Counted from the stretch's first letter, positions 1-9,073 are shown. The stretch is DNA of 64,000 nt from Acutalibacteraceae bacterium (GCA_045616765.1 JAZLHL010000012.1:1756-65755), one strand, 5' to 3'. Program-made: numbers and translations. The notes: generated by a model from the sequence alone, not told the origin.

Positions 1-774
1 CTTATTTAATATCCAATATTGGTCAGACCATGAACTTTCAAAATTTGCAACAAAAGCATTGTATCCGCTATCACTGTTTGTGGCAATAACAACATTTGAA
101 TTTGCCTTTGACCTTATGACATATACTCCTTCGGCTAAATCGGTTGTATACGGAATAGCAGGAATTGTTTGCGTATAAGTTTTACCGCAAGAGCAGGTTC
201 TGACTCTTGTCCCTGTGGCTGTTTTTGTTGGTGCTTTTGTGATCTTGGCAGAAGCTTTGAAATCACATGTGTGCGGGGACGAAACATAATGCCAACCGTT
301 ACTGAATGAATAACCGGTTCCCGATATTGAATTTGCACCTGTTATCGTATAATTCCATCCTATTCTGACTTTGGAATTATAATTGCCTTCGGCTACATAT
401 AAGCTGTTTCCGCTTCTCTTTAAAACCGCAAACCAGTGTCCGCCACCGTTTTCACCGCCGACGCTTATTACGTCTCCGGCTCTTATATCCCAAGCGCTTT
501 TAAAATTCTCGCCCGCCTTGGGACCTGATTTTCCAAAGCAGTAATATACAAAATCCGCACAATATGCACAGCATTGACTGCTTGACCATGATGACAGATA
601 AGGACTTCTGTCTCCCCAGCTCGCACCGTGCGTAAAACGGGAATCATTAATGAATGCGTCCATTTTTGCGTTTCCTGTTGATTCAAGCGCCGATGCACTG
701 ACGTCAATTATCCCAAACGGAATAAGCGAAAGAACGATTGTCAGTGAAAGTAATAAAGAAATCGCTTTTTTCAT
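1..774 (-). CDS. Secreted CHAP/NlpC-P60-like cysteine peptidase domain protein, C-terminus runs off the window start
   Basis: Absent from the ORF track because it has no stop in the window. Hand translation from ATG 774 (GGAGG upstream) gives a signal peptide MKKAISLLLSLTIVLSLIPFGIIDVSASA. It continues ...SSSQCCAYCADFVYYCFG...GGGHWFAVL (Cys...His peptidase-like). The tail has DQYW (ricin-type QxW-like). The frame is open to nt 1. Confidence 0.6.
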   Translation of the reverse strand, partial: MKKAISLLLSLTIVLSLIPFGIIDVSASALESTGNAKMDAFINDSRFTHGASWGDRSPYLSSWSSSQCCAYCADFVYYCFGKSGPKAGENFKSAWDIRAGDVISVGGENGGGHWFAVLKRSGNSLYVAEGNYNSKVRIGWNYTITGANSISGTGYSFSNGWHYVSSPHTCDFKASAKITKAPTKTATGTRVRTCSCGKTYTQTIPAIPYTTDLAEGVYVIRSKANSNVVIATNSDSGYNAFVANFESSWSDQYWILNK

Positions 775-823
775 ATACAAACCTCCGAATTCACACTTTT
801 TGTTAAATCTACCATAATATTTG

Positions 824-861
824 TAACTTGTCAAGTTATATTCGTTATTTATCAAGTTATA
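824..861. promoter_or_regulatory. Candidate operator: palindrome TAACTTG-T-CAAGTTA plus a third half-site, in a divergent promoter region
   Basis: A perfect 7-1-7 palindrome lies at 824-838. TCAAGTTATA is repeated at 852-861. The site sits between the divergent peptidase gene and the XRE regulator gene. Confidence 0.3.
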
Positions 862-903
862 GCGTATACTCGTTTTTCATTATATAATTTTATCGGTGAT
901 GAT

Positions 904-1131
904 ATGGATAACAGACATTCTGACGAATATAAACATCTCGGATTGAACATAGCATACTACCGTAAAGCAAACGGCTTATCACAGGAAAAGCTTGCGGAGC
1001 TTGTAAATATAAGCAGAACGCATATGAGCAGAATTGAAACGGCAGAATGTTCTGTTTCGCTGGATGTAATATTTGAAATATGCAAAGCCTTGAAAATCGC
1101 ACCGTTAAAGCTTTTTGATTTCAGAGAATAA
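904..1131 (+). CDS. XRE-family helix-turn-helix transcriptional regulator
   Basis: The 75-aa product contains ...GLSQEKLAELVNISRTHMSRIE..., a typical Cro/C1 HTH. Confidence 0.85.
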   Translation: MDNRHSDEYKHLGLNIAYYRKANGLSQEKLAELVNISRTHMSRIETAECSVSLDVIFEICKALKIAPLKLFDFRE

Positions 1132-1168
1132 CCGTTTATAAAAAAATTATTCGATTAGAGGTCTTTAT

Positions 1169-1366
1169 ATGATCGTTTTTGATAAGCTTTGGGTCACGCT
1201 CAAAGAGAAAAACATTTCGCAATACAAGCTTATAAAGGATTACGGAATAAGCACCGGACAGCTTGACCGGCTCAGAAAAAACGGAAATGTGAACACTTTT
1301 ACACTTAACGAGCTGTGCGAAATACTTGATTGCAGACTTGAAGATATAGCCGAATATAAAAACTGA
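1169..1366 (+). CDS. Small Cro/C1-type HTH protein (YozG-like)
   Basis: The 65-aa product contains ISQYKLIKDYGISTGQLDRLRKNGNVNTFTLNELCEILDC. An RBS AGAGG lies upstream. Confidence 0.75.
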   Translation: MIVFDKLWVTLKEKNISQYKLIKDYGISTGQLDRLRKNGNVNTFTLNELCEILDCRLEDIAEYKN

Positions 1367-1398
1367 CCGCTCCCGAAAATCGGAAGCGGAATTTTTAT
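1367..1398 (+). terminator. Intrinsic terminator after the HTH gene
   Basis: The hairpin is CCGCTCCCGA-AAAT-CGGAAGCGG, followed by AATTTTTA. Confidence 0.7.
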
Positions 1399-1459
1399 AC
1401 CCGAAATCGGTTATATATTAATTGGAATGCAGTTACTCGAAACTGCGTTGTTTGCATCT

Positions 1460-1678
1460 GTCAATCGCTGCGCGATTGACCCAGGCGCCCCGGGAGCGCC
1501 GCCCTACAAAGATTTATGAATTATTATTTTTCCCTTCGCGTGCATTCTCGCGCGTTCGCGCTTCAAACACCGCGGCGGTCAAACGGGCAGCCCGGGTGCG
1601 CTGCCCCTACAATCTCCTCCGAATTTTCGTATTGAAAACCGCGAGGGCGAGCGGGAGGCAGGTGTGCCTCCCCTACAA
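1460..1678 (+). repeat. Cluster of REP-like elements: GC hairpins ending in CCCTACAA, plus the 21-bp palindrome GTCAATCGC-TGC-GCGATTGAC
   Basis: Three variable GC-rich hairpins (1484-1509, 1585-1612, 1653-1678) each end in CC(C)CTACAA. A block of about 55 nt (1531-1585) recurs inverted at about 50752-50806. Confidence 0.7.
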
Positions 1679-1702
1679 TTTTCCCCGCGCAAACGCGACA
1701 AA

Positions 1703-1744
1703 AGAGGTCGGAACTTCGAGCATTTGCTCTTAATTCCGACCTCT
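1703..1744. terminator. Hairpin AGAGGTCGGAA...TTCCGACCTCT downstream of the cyclase gene
   Basis: An 11-bp perfect stem with a 20-nt loop. T-rich flanks are present on both strands. Confidence 0.5.
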
Positions 1745-1850
1745 TCATTTTCAATTATAATCCCGCGTTTGCGCCCGAAACTGAAAACTTCTATAATCCG
1801 CCGCTTTGCGCCCCGAAATTATTCATCATTCATTATGCACTTTTAATTAA

Positions 1851-2459
1851 TTATATTCCCGAATCCGACCAGAACAGGTGGTCTTTTATGAGCACCGCTC
1901 TGCACATTGCGGCTTCCACGCCTGAAATTTTAAGCGGCTGCGCCATGAGGAAATATCTGCCGGGGGCGACATTTTCAAGGTCAAGCCCCTCAAGAATCGG
2001 TATGTTTTCGGAAAGCAGGGCGCGGTGAATGACCGCGTTCGTGCCGTGTATGCCGATTGTGGCGGAATCCGTGCCTATAAGCTTTATGCCGTAATCGCTC
2101 ACGCAGTATGCGCTGCTTTCCATAAGGTACGAAAGCCCGTGCCCCTTTATGAGCAGGCGCTCGCAATTCTGCGGAAAGTGCTCCTCGGCATACTGCCCGG
2201 TTATGGGTCCGGGCGGCGCCTCAACCACACAGCACTCGCCTATGAATAAATCAAGCGGCATAGCGCTTATATCCGCACCGCCGTTTATGAAATGCAGCGG
2301 TGCATCCGCGTGGGTGGCTGTGTGCAGGCAGGTATACAGCGCGGTAAGGTTGCAATGGTCGCCGCGGCGCATATCCTGCGCAGCTTCAATTCTGCATTCC
2401 GGGTCGCCCGGGTAAACGGGAGTTTTCAGAATATCCTTTGAAATATCAATTATTTCCAC
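1851..2459 (-). CDS. Cyclase / kynurenine formamidase family protein
   Basis: GTG start with an AAGGGTG RBS. The motif HTATHADAPLHF matches the HxGTHxDxPxH metal site of the cyclase/arylformamidase family. Confidence 0.8.
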   Translation of the reverse strand: MEIIDISKDILKTPVYPGDPECRIEAAQDMRRGDHCNLTALYTCLHTATHADAPLHFINGGADISAMPLDLFIGECCVVEAPPGPITGQYAEEHFPQNCERLLIKGHGLSYLMESSAYCVSDYGIKLIGTDSATIGIHGTNAVIHRALLSENIPILEGLDLENVAPGRYFLMAQPLKISGVEAAMCRAVLIKDHLFWSDSGI

Positions 2460-2487
2460 ACGCTCACACCCTTTCGGTTATCTGTGC

Positions 2488-3837
2488 TTAAACATTAAAC
2501 AGCTTGTTTATATCCGTCTGTGTCATTCCCTCAAAATCGGCGGCTGCAATACCGGCGAATGCATCCTGCACCACCGTGTCGGAAAAATCGTCGCAGAATG
2601 TATCGAGCGAAAACTCCTTTTCCTCGGAATTTTCCATATTTTTGAGCTTAACAATACCGCTTTCAAGCTCACTGTCGCCTATTACAACGGTATATGTCGC
2701 GCCGATTTTATTTGCATATTTCATCTGCGCTTTTATTGACCTGCCGACTGTATCAATGCTCACGCAGTAACCCTCTGCGCGAATTTCCGAAGAAAGCTCA
2801 AGCGCTTTGAGCATCGCCGCATCACCGGCGGTAACAATGGCAAGGTCGCATTTCGGAGCTTCGGGGAAAGCAACACCCGTTTCCTCCATAAGTATGAGCA
2901 GGCGTTCAAGTCCTATTGCGAAGCCGCAGGCGGGCATCGCGGCGCCGCCGAGCTCCTCAACAAGTCCGTCGTATCTGCCGCCGCCGCCTATTACAAGCCC
3001 TGCGGTCTTTTCATTTACGGAAACGAACTCGAACACGGTGCGGGTGTAATAGTCAAGTCCGCGCACTATCTGCGGGTTGACCTTGTACTCTATTCCGAGT
3101 GCCTCGAGGTATTTTTTAAGCTGCTCAAAATGCTCGCGGCAGTCATCGCAGATATAGTCAAGCACCACGGGTGCATCCTTTGCTATTTCGGAGCACACGG
3201 GGCTTTTGCAGTCGAGTATTCTCATGGGGTTGCGGTCGAGCCTTGAAAGGCAGGTTTCGCAAAGCTCATCTTTTTTATTGGCAAAATACTCTTTAAGGGC
3301 GGCGGAATACCTTGCACGGCACTCCGGGCAGCCTATTGAATTTATTTCAAGCACATAATCCGAAATGCCGAGGTAGTTGAAATAACTGTTTGCAAGAGCA
3401 ATTATTTCGGCATCCTGCAAAGCGGAAGCCGAGCCGAAGCACTCCACGCCGAACTGATGAAATTCCCTGAGCCTGCCCGCCTGAGGTTTTTCGTAACGGT
3501 AGCAGGATGTGAGGTAGCATATTTTCTGCGGAAGCGGCTCGTTGAAAAGGCCGTGCTCCAGGAATGCACGCACTGCGCCTGCGGTACCCTCGGGTCTGAG
3601 TGTTATCGAGCGGTCGCCCTTATCGTTGAATGTGTACATCTCTTTCTGCACAACATCGCTCGTTTCGCCTACCGAACGGTCAAAAAGCTCGGTGTATTCA
3701 AAAACGGGCGTGCGCATCTCGTGAAAGCCGTATGTGCCGGCAACCGAAAGTGCCGCCTGCTCAACATACTGCAGCTTGTGGCTTTCGGTCGGTAATGTAT
3801 CTTTTGTTCCTTTAATTGCTTTTACACTTATAGCCAT
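2488..3837 (-). CDS. hisS: Histidine--tRNA ligase
   Basis: The N-terminus is ...GTKDTLPTESHKLQYVE...MRTPVFEYTELF...LRPEGTAGAVRAF, the classical class II HisRS motifs. An AGGAGG RBS is present. Confidence 0.95.
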   Translation of the reverse strand: MAISVKAIKGTKDTLPTESHKLQYVEQAALSVAGTYGFHEMRTPVFEYTELFDRSVGETSDVVQKEMYTFNDKGDRSITLRPEGTAGAVRAFLEHGLFNEPLPQKICYLTSCYRYEKPQAGRLREFHQFGVECFGSASALQDAEIIALANSYFNYLGISDYVLEINSIGCPECRARYSAALKEYFANKKDELCETCLSRLDRNPMRILDCKSPVCSEIAKDAPVVLDYICDDCREHFEQLKKYLEALGIEYKVNPQIVRGLDYYTRTVFEFVSVNEKTAGLVIGGGGRYDGLVEELGGAAMPACGFAIGLERLLILMEETGVAFPEAPKCDLAIVTAGDAAMLKALELSSEIRAEGYCVSIDTVGRSIKAQMKYANKIGATYTVVIGDSELESGIVKLKNMENSEEKEFSLDTFCDDFSDTVVQDAFAGIAAADFEGMTQTDINKLFNV

Positions 3838-3898
3838 AATAGCCTCCTACATAACAGAAAAACGGGTGCGAGCTTCCCGCACCCGACTTAAAATATGA

Positions 3899-4303
3899 TC
3901 AGTTCTTCGGGTTCACAATATCGCGCCAGTCAAGGTCGCCGCGTTCAAGGCTGTGAATAAGCGCCTCGGCGGTGGCAATATTCGTGGCAACGGGGATATT
4001 GTGCACATCGCAAAGCCTTAACAGATTCGTTTCGTTGGGCTCGCCCGGCTTCGGGTCAAGCGGATCGCGGAAAAGAAGAAGCAGGTCGATTTCATCGCAG
4101 GCGATGCGGGAGCCGATTTGCTGGTCGCCGCCCTGCGAGCCGCTTAAATATTTATCTATTTCAAGACCGGTCGCTTCGGAAACGAGCTTGCCGGTGGTGC
4201 CCGTTGCACAAATGCTGTGCTTGCTTAAAATGCCGCAGTATGCTATGCAGAACTGAGTCATAAGCTCTTTTTTGGAATCGTGTGCTATCAACGCAATATT
4301 CAC
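3899..4303 (-). CDS. mgsA: Methylglyoxal synthase
   Basis: The 134-aa product begins IALIAHDSKKELM...ATGTTG... and has an MgsA-like C-terminus. GTG start with a GAGGGGG RBS. Confidence 0.95.
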   Translation of the reverse strand: MNIALIAHDSKKELMTQFCIAYCGILSKHSICATGTTGKLVSEATGLEIDKYLSGSQGGDQQIGSRIACDEIDLLLLFRDPLDPKPGEPNETNLLRLCDVHNIPVATNIATAEALIHSLERGDLDWRDIVNPKN

Positions 4304-4369
4304 AAATAACGCCCCCTCAGGAATAATATTGCTATTTTAGCAGAATTGCCGCAATTTTTCAACACCGAA

Positions 4370-5959
4370 TTATGAATTCAGCATTGCGAAATTCTTTTTG
4401 TTGGAATTGTAAAGGTTTTTGTAAACCTCAAAGTATTTGTCGTAAACCTTTTTCGCTTCAAGGTTAGGCTTAAAGGTCTTGCTTACGGGTATAAGCTTAA
4501 CGGCTTCGTCAATGGATGCACACTCGCCGCTGCCTACCGCAACAAGCACCGCCGCGCCCATAGCACCGACATTCTGCGGACTTTCGACCGTTTCGACCAC
4601 CTTGCCGGTAACATCGGAAAGAATCCGGCAGGTAACATCCGAAAGTGCGCCGCCGCCTACGAACCTTACGCGGTCATTCGATTTGACCTTTTTATCTTCG
4701 GTTTCAAGAAACCAGCGCATATGGTAGCAAACGCCCTCGATTACGGAGCGGATAAGCTCGCTTTTGCCGGTTTCAAGGCTTATGTTGAAGAACATACCGT
4801 GAGCATTGGGGTCTTCAAACGGGCAGCGGTTGCCGTGAAGCCACGGGGTGAAAATAACGCCGCCGCTGCCTGCGGGAACCTTGTCGATCACCTCGCTCAT
4901 ATAGTCATAAAGGCTCGTGTATTTTTCTTCGTATGTATCGGTGATATGCTTCTTTTCGATGTAGATGCCGATTTCATCAAGTGCAAGGTGATCCTTTACC
5001 CATTCAAGGCACTTGCCCGCCGTTTCAAGCTCGGCAAAGTAATTGTATCTGTCGGGCTCTGCGCCTACAACTGCCGCTATCATGGCGGAAGCATCGACAA
5101 CGCTCTTGCCCACTACGGTGGAAACCCAGCCGGAAGTACCGTTGTAAATATGTGTGTCGCCGAGCTTTACGGAGCCTGCGCCCACGCCGATAAGCGAGGC
5201 ATCTCCTCCGCCGCCGTAAACGGCTATGCCGGGAACAAGTCCGAGCTCCTGCGCGGGTATTTCTTTAAGCTCGCCGATTTTGGCATCGGAGCGTTTAATA
5301 TCGGGCAGATGCGCCGGATTAACACCGAGCATTTTGCACATTTCGGGGCTGAATACTTTTTTCTTGATATCGTACAGCTCGGTGGCGAATGCGGAATCGT
5401 GAGTCATGCAGAATTCGCCCGTCATACGCGCAATGAAATACTCCTTAACATCAAGCCACTTGTGAACTCTTTTGAAATTTTCGGGCTCGTGAGCCTCTAC
5501 CCATTTATATTTCCACACGGGATCCTTGACCGAAGCCGCAACGGCACCGGTGATCATAAGCGATTTCAGAAGCTTGGGAACATTGGCACCCGCGATCTGC
5601 GGGCCGTATGCGATACCCTTTTTAAGCTCTTCGCGCGCACGCTGATCCATATAACTCATGGCGCGGCGAACGTGCTTTGCATCCTTATCGACAAGCACAA
5701 CGCCCTGCATCTGCGAGCAGAACGAAATGCCGACGATGTTGTGCGGATCTATGCCGGAGGAAAGCACCTTGCGCGTTGTGTCGCACATTGCCTGCCACCA
5801 TTCATCGGGATCCTGCTCGGCACCGCCGTCGGGAAAAACATAGAGCTTATACCCTGCCGAAGCCGCAGCAACCATTTTTATTGTTTCGCCCAGTTGAAAA
5901 ATACAGGTCTTAACGCCCGTGGTACCGATATCGTAACTTAATGCAAATTTTTCTGCCAT
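4370..5959 (-). CDS. FGGY-family carbohydrate kinase (xylulokinase/glycerol kinase-like)
   Basis: MAEKFALSYDIGTTGVKTCIF is an FGGY N-terminal motif. The start was trimmed to ATG 5959, which has a G-rich RBS. The longer track ORF (to 6076) has no RBS. Confidence 0.85.
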   Translation of the reverse strand: MAEKFALSYDIGTTGVKTCIFQLGETIKMVAAASAGYKLYVFPDGGAEQDPDEWWQAMCDTTRKVLSSGIDPHNIVGISFCSQMQGVVLVDKDAKHVRRAMSYMDQRAREELKKGIAYGPQIAGANVPKLLKSLMITGAVAASVKDPVWKYKWVEAHEPENFKRVHKWLDVKEYFIARMTGEFCMTHDSAFATELYDIKKKVFSPEMCKMLGVNPAHLPDIKRSDAKIGELKEIPAQELGLVPGIAVYGGGGDASLIGVGAGSVKLGDTHIYNGTSGWVSTVVGKSVVDASAMIAAVVGAEPDRYNYFAELETAGKCLEWVKDHLALDEIGIYIEKKHITDTYEEKYTSLYDYMSEVIDKVPAGSGGVIFTPWLHGNRCPFEDPNAHGMFFNISLETGKSELIRSVIEGVCYHMRWFLETEDKKVKSNDRVRFVGGGALSDVTCRILSDVTGKVVETVESPQNVGAMGAAVLVAVGSGECASIDEAVKLIPVSKTFKPNLEAKKVYDKYFEVYKNLYNSNKKNFAMLNS

Positions 5960-6106
5960 AAACTCATCCCCCCATACTTTCATTATATTATGCAACATTT
6001 TCTGTGAATAATCAATGGGGTTTGAGTAAAAAAATGAGATATTTTTATGGAAAATGCGCTTTTTGCCGCAACGCAAAAAAATATTGAAAAAAATCGAAAA
6101 AAAGTG

Positions 6107-6134
6107 TTGACATTTGAATTTTCCGTGCTATAAT
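6107..6134 (+). promoter_or_regulatory. SigA-type promoter driving the 5S rRNA gene
   Basis: TTGACA lies at 6107-6112, followed by a 16-nt spacer. TGcTATAAT (extended -10) has its TATAAT at 6129-6134. Confidence 0.7.
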
Positions 6135-6172
6135 AAATGAGCATTCAGACGGAGGACACAGAATTCTCCGCA

Positions 6173-6288
6173 GTTGGTGTTGATGGCGTTGAGGGTCCAC
6201 CCGTTCCCATCCCGAACACGGTAGTTAAGCTCAACCGCGCCGACAATACTCGGAGGGCAGCCTCCCGGGAAGATAGGGCGATGCCAAC
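6173..6288 (+). rRNA. rrf: 5S ribosomal RNA (stand-alone copy)
   Basis: It contains CCACCCGTTCCCATCCCGAACACGGTAGTTAAGC, the universal 5S loop/helix sequence. The ends GTTGGTG...ATGCCAAC pair as helix I. No 16S or 23S lies nearby. Confidence 0.9.
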
Positions 6289-6295
6289 ATAAGTA

Positions 6296-6329
6296 AACAA
6301 CCGTTCCGATAGGAACGGTTGTTTTTTTC
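6296..6329 (+). terminator. Intrinsic terminator after the 5S rRNA
   Basis: AACAACCGTTCC-GATA-GGAACGGTTGTT followed by TTTTTT. Confidence 0.85.
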
Positions 6330-6337
6330 TTATCTCA

Positions 6338-8605
6338 TCACACAAACTGTGAAATGGTATTCACAAGCTTGTTTATGTTTATGGGCTTTGAAATATGCGC
6401 ATCCATTCCGGCTTCAAGTGCCTTTTTCTTATCCTCATCAAAGGCGTTGGCGGTCATTGCAATTATCGGTATATGCACATTCTGCGGGTCGGGTATGGTG
6501 CGAATTTCACGCGTAGCCATATAGCCGTCCATAATCGGCATCTGAATATCCATAAGAATTAGGTCAAAATACTTCTCGCGCGAATGTATCATTTCGGTGC
6601 ATATTTCAACAGCCTTTGTACCGTCATCGGCTTCAACGATTTCCATACCGAATTCGCTTAAAATATCACAGGCAATTTCGCGGTTAAGCTCGTTATCCTC
6701 AACAAGCAGCACCTTTTTGCCGTTGAGTACCGATGCATCGGCTTTGGCGGCTTCTTCGGTCTTTGCGGTTACCTTGTCGGTAATTCTGAAATCAATGTAA
6801 ACCGTAAACTCCGAGCCCTCACCGAGCTTACTCTTAACATCTATTTTGCCGTGCATAAGGTCAATGAGCTGCTTGGTTATAGCCATACCGAGACCCGTAC
6901 CCTGAATACCCTTTGTGGATGCCGTCGTCTCGCGTGAGAAGGACTCAAATATGTGGCGCTGGAATTCCTCGCTCATACCGATGCCGTTGTCGGCAATTTT
7001 GAACATAAAGCTCGCACAACCCGGCTCCTTTGCGGGAAGCTCGCTTATGGTGTAAACCACCTTGCCGCCGGGGTTCGTGTACTTCATCGCATTGTTGAGA
7101 ATATTCATCATAATACGGTTAAGGCGCAATTCATCGGCAAGAATGTATCTGTGAGTTATTTTGTCGAAATTCCTTACGAACTCTATATTTTTCGCCGTTG
7201 AAGTAGGCTCGGCAATATCGCAGAGATTATGTGATGATTCGATAATATCAAGCGGCTGTTCATCTATTGTAACCTTGCCGCTTTCCACACGCGCCATATC
7301 AAGCACATCGTTTATCAGCGACAACAGATGCGTGCCGGATTTTTCAACATTTTCAAGGCAGTTTTCGGCTTTTTCGGAATCATCAATATGCTTTTTTGCC
7401 ATTGATGTATAGCCGATTATGGCATTCATCGGCGTGCGGATATCGTGGCTCATATTGAACAGGAACGATGTCTTCTGACGGTTTGCATAGTCTGCCGCTT
7501 CGCGCGCATTCTGCAATTCAAGCTCGCGCTGCTTTGCCCTTTCGCAATTCGCTATGCCGAGCACGACATTGCCCTGCTCCTCCTGAAACGCAAAATTAAA
7601 TCTGTACCATATCTTTTTATCCTTATCGCGAAGCTGAATATCAATATAAGGTGAGTGACCGTTTTTCATCTGCTGCATAAGCGGCTCACGCCTTGCCATT
7701 GCAATGAAATCGTCTATTTCATCCTCGGGGATGACTATGTGCATAATGGCATCGAAAGTGTGCGGATTAAGCGAGCCATCCGGTCCCACAAGGTTCGCAA
7801 ACTGCTTAAAGATACCCGCAATTTTATAAACCTTCATTTCATTTGTTTCGTTATCTATGTAGCAAACAAAGTCGTGCTTTGACGAAAGTATTGAAATAAT
7901 TTCGTAACTGCGGTATTCATCCTTGGTATCATCGTGGGATTTTTCGTAGACCTTGAAATACAAAATGATTGCCACTGATATAATGGAGCCGAAATATGTG
8001 AACGGAAGTCCCGGGGGAACAAGCATCTGAATCGTATTGAACACAAGCGACGGAATTATATAGAATATCTGCCAGAAATATTTTCTTTTCAGGAATTTGT
8101 CACTCGTTTTAAGGCAGGCAATTAGTGAAAGCAGGCAGCCCCACAAGCTGTAAATATATGTAATACCGGGATGCAGAAACTGAAACGCACCTCTGTAATA
8201 TTCGCCGTTTTCATCAAAGCCGAAAATAAGCCCCGTTTTAACGGATGTGAGCGCAATAAGGCTTGTAACTATTGTTATTGCAAGCACAAAACCCTCCACC
8301 CAGCGCGACGGCTTGAATTTTTCCGGCAGGGCTTTCAATATATACTTAAACCACAGCAGACCGATATATGTTGTGGCAAAAAAGTAAACCGAGTTGCTTA
8401 CTTTACTCAGAAACAGATACTGCTCTTTGCCGTTTATAAAGGGCCACACCGAGTCAAACAAGCACGAGCAAACGAGTATTATGAGTATTGCGGAAAGCGG
8501 ATCGAATCTGTTCATGGGCTTGACCTTTTTATTGGCAATAAAAAGACCTATGAGCAGCGCCGTACACATCAGCAGTGATTCAACATAAATTGCCAGTGAA
8601 TTCAT
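6338..8605 (-). CDS. Hybrid sensor histidine kinase / response regulator with a multi-TM N-terminal domain
   Basis: The H-box is FLFNMSHDIRTPMNAI. The N and G boxes are NILNNAMKYT and GTGLGMAI. The C-terminal receiver is KVLLVEDNELN...DLILMDIQMPIMDG. The N-terminal roughly 220 aa are hydrophobic. Confidence 0.9.
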   Translation of the reverse strand: MNSLAIYVESLLMCTALLIGLFIANKKVKPMNRFDPLSAILIILVCSCLFDSVWPFINGKEQYLFLSKVSNSVYFFATTYIGLLWFKYILKALPEKFKPSRWVEGFVLAITIVTSLIALTSVKTGLIFGFDENGEYYRGAFQFLHPGITYIYSLWGCLLSLIACLKTSDKFLKRKYFWQIFYIIPSLVFNTIQMLVPPGLPFTYFGSIISVAIILYFKVYEKSHDDTKDEYRSYEIISILSSKHDFVCYIDNETNEMKVYKIAGIFKQFANLVGPDGSLNPHTFDAIMHIVIPEDEIDDFIAMARREPLMQQMKNGHSPYIDIQLRDKDKKIWYRFNFAFQEEQGNVVLGIANCERAKQRELELQNAREAADYANRQKTSFLFNMSHDIRTPMNAIIGYTSMAKKHIDDSEKAENCLENVEKSGTHLLSLINDVLDMARVESGKVTIDEQPLDIIESSHNLCDIAEPTSTAKNIEFVRNFDKITHRYILADELRLNRIMMNILNNAMKYTNPGGKVVYTISELPAKEPGCASFMFKIADNGIGMSEEFQRHIFESFSRETTASTKGIQGTGLGMAITKQLIDLMHGKIDVKSKLGEGSEFTVYIDFRITDKVTAKTEEAAKADASVLNGKKVLLVEDNELNREIACDILSEFGMEIVEADDGTKAVEICTEMIHSREKYFDLILMDIQMPIMDGYMATREIRTIPDPQNVHIPIIAMTANAFDEDKKKALEAGMDAHISKPININKLVNTISQFV

Positions 8606-8914
8606 AAAACGCCCTCCTGATATTTTTTTAACAAATTAACCGTCAAAAAACGGCTGCCGTAAAAAACAGCAGCCGAAAAAAGCACATTATGTGCGCATTG
8701 TATAATAATTCGTATTATAGAAATACATCTTCATATGTACAACTCCCATTTGTTTCGCATAACGAAACGCATTAATATCATTATACCCTTTTAAATTTTA
8801 AATTCAATATGAATAGTTGTTAAAAATTTGTTCATTTCTTTATATATTTTACACAATGAATTGCACCGATTGTAGAAAACTTTTATGTAAAATTTGAACA
8901 ATGCCGCAAAGTTC

Positions 8915-8954
8915 GAAAAAAGCCGAGTGTCCTCAAAAACACTCGGCTTTTTAT
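8915..8954. terminator. Bidirectional intrinsic terminator (ends the PfkB-kinase operon)
   Basis: AAAAAA-AGCCGAGTGT-loop-ACACTCGGCT-TTTTAT. Confidence 0.8.
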
Positions 8955-8958
8955 TATT

Positions 8959-9070
8959 TAAACGGCGTTTCTGCGCTTTCCTCTTTTTTTAAAAAAAGAT
9001 GCAGAAGCGTCGTTCTTCGCCCGCAAGGCGTATATGGATACGTCAAGGGCGAAAACGGCGTTTCTGCGCT
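8959..9070. repeat. Small dispersed repeat element, family B (copy 1)
   Basis: AAACGGCGTTTCTGCGCTT occurs twice, at 8959-8977 and 9052-9070. The two copies flank an inverted GCAGAAGCGTCGTT. The same architecture is seen at 23393-23495. Confidence 0.6.
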
Positions 9071-9073
9071 TTT

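Noticed and set aside
1422-1846. ORFs 1422-1733(+), 1563-1754(-) and 1664-1846(+), and the analogous ORFs at 50530-50904
   Set aside because: They run through the REP-like GC-hairpin repeats. Their Arg/Pro/Ala-rich translations are artefacts of the repeat sequence.
3838-3898. T-box leaders upstream of hisS, and likewise upstream of glyQS at 62978-63004
   Set aside because: The intergenic gaps are only 61 nt and 27 nt. That is too short for a T-box, so these genes appear to be co-transcribed with upstream genes.
4721-5941. 406-aa ORF on the plus strand, antisense to the FGGY kinase gene
   Set aside because: The product has low-complexity, Arg/Ala/Gly-rich composition with no start context. 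It lies fully inside a well-supported gene on the other strand. This is a typical shadow ORF of a GC-rich codon-biased gene.
6145-6345. 66-aa minus-strand ORF
   Set aside because: It overlaps the 5S rRNA gene and its terminator.
8648-8672. Hairpin GGCTGC..GCAGCC with a T-run on the minus strand, just upstream of the histidine kinase start
   Set aside because: It could be a leader attenuator or a leftover terminator. The stem is short, and a stronger terminator already exists at 8915-8954. The evidence is not enough to call a feature.
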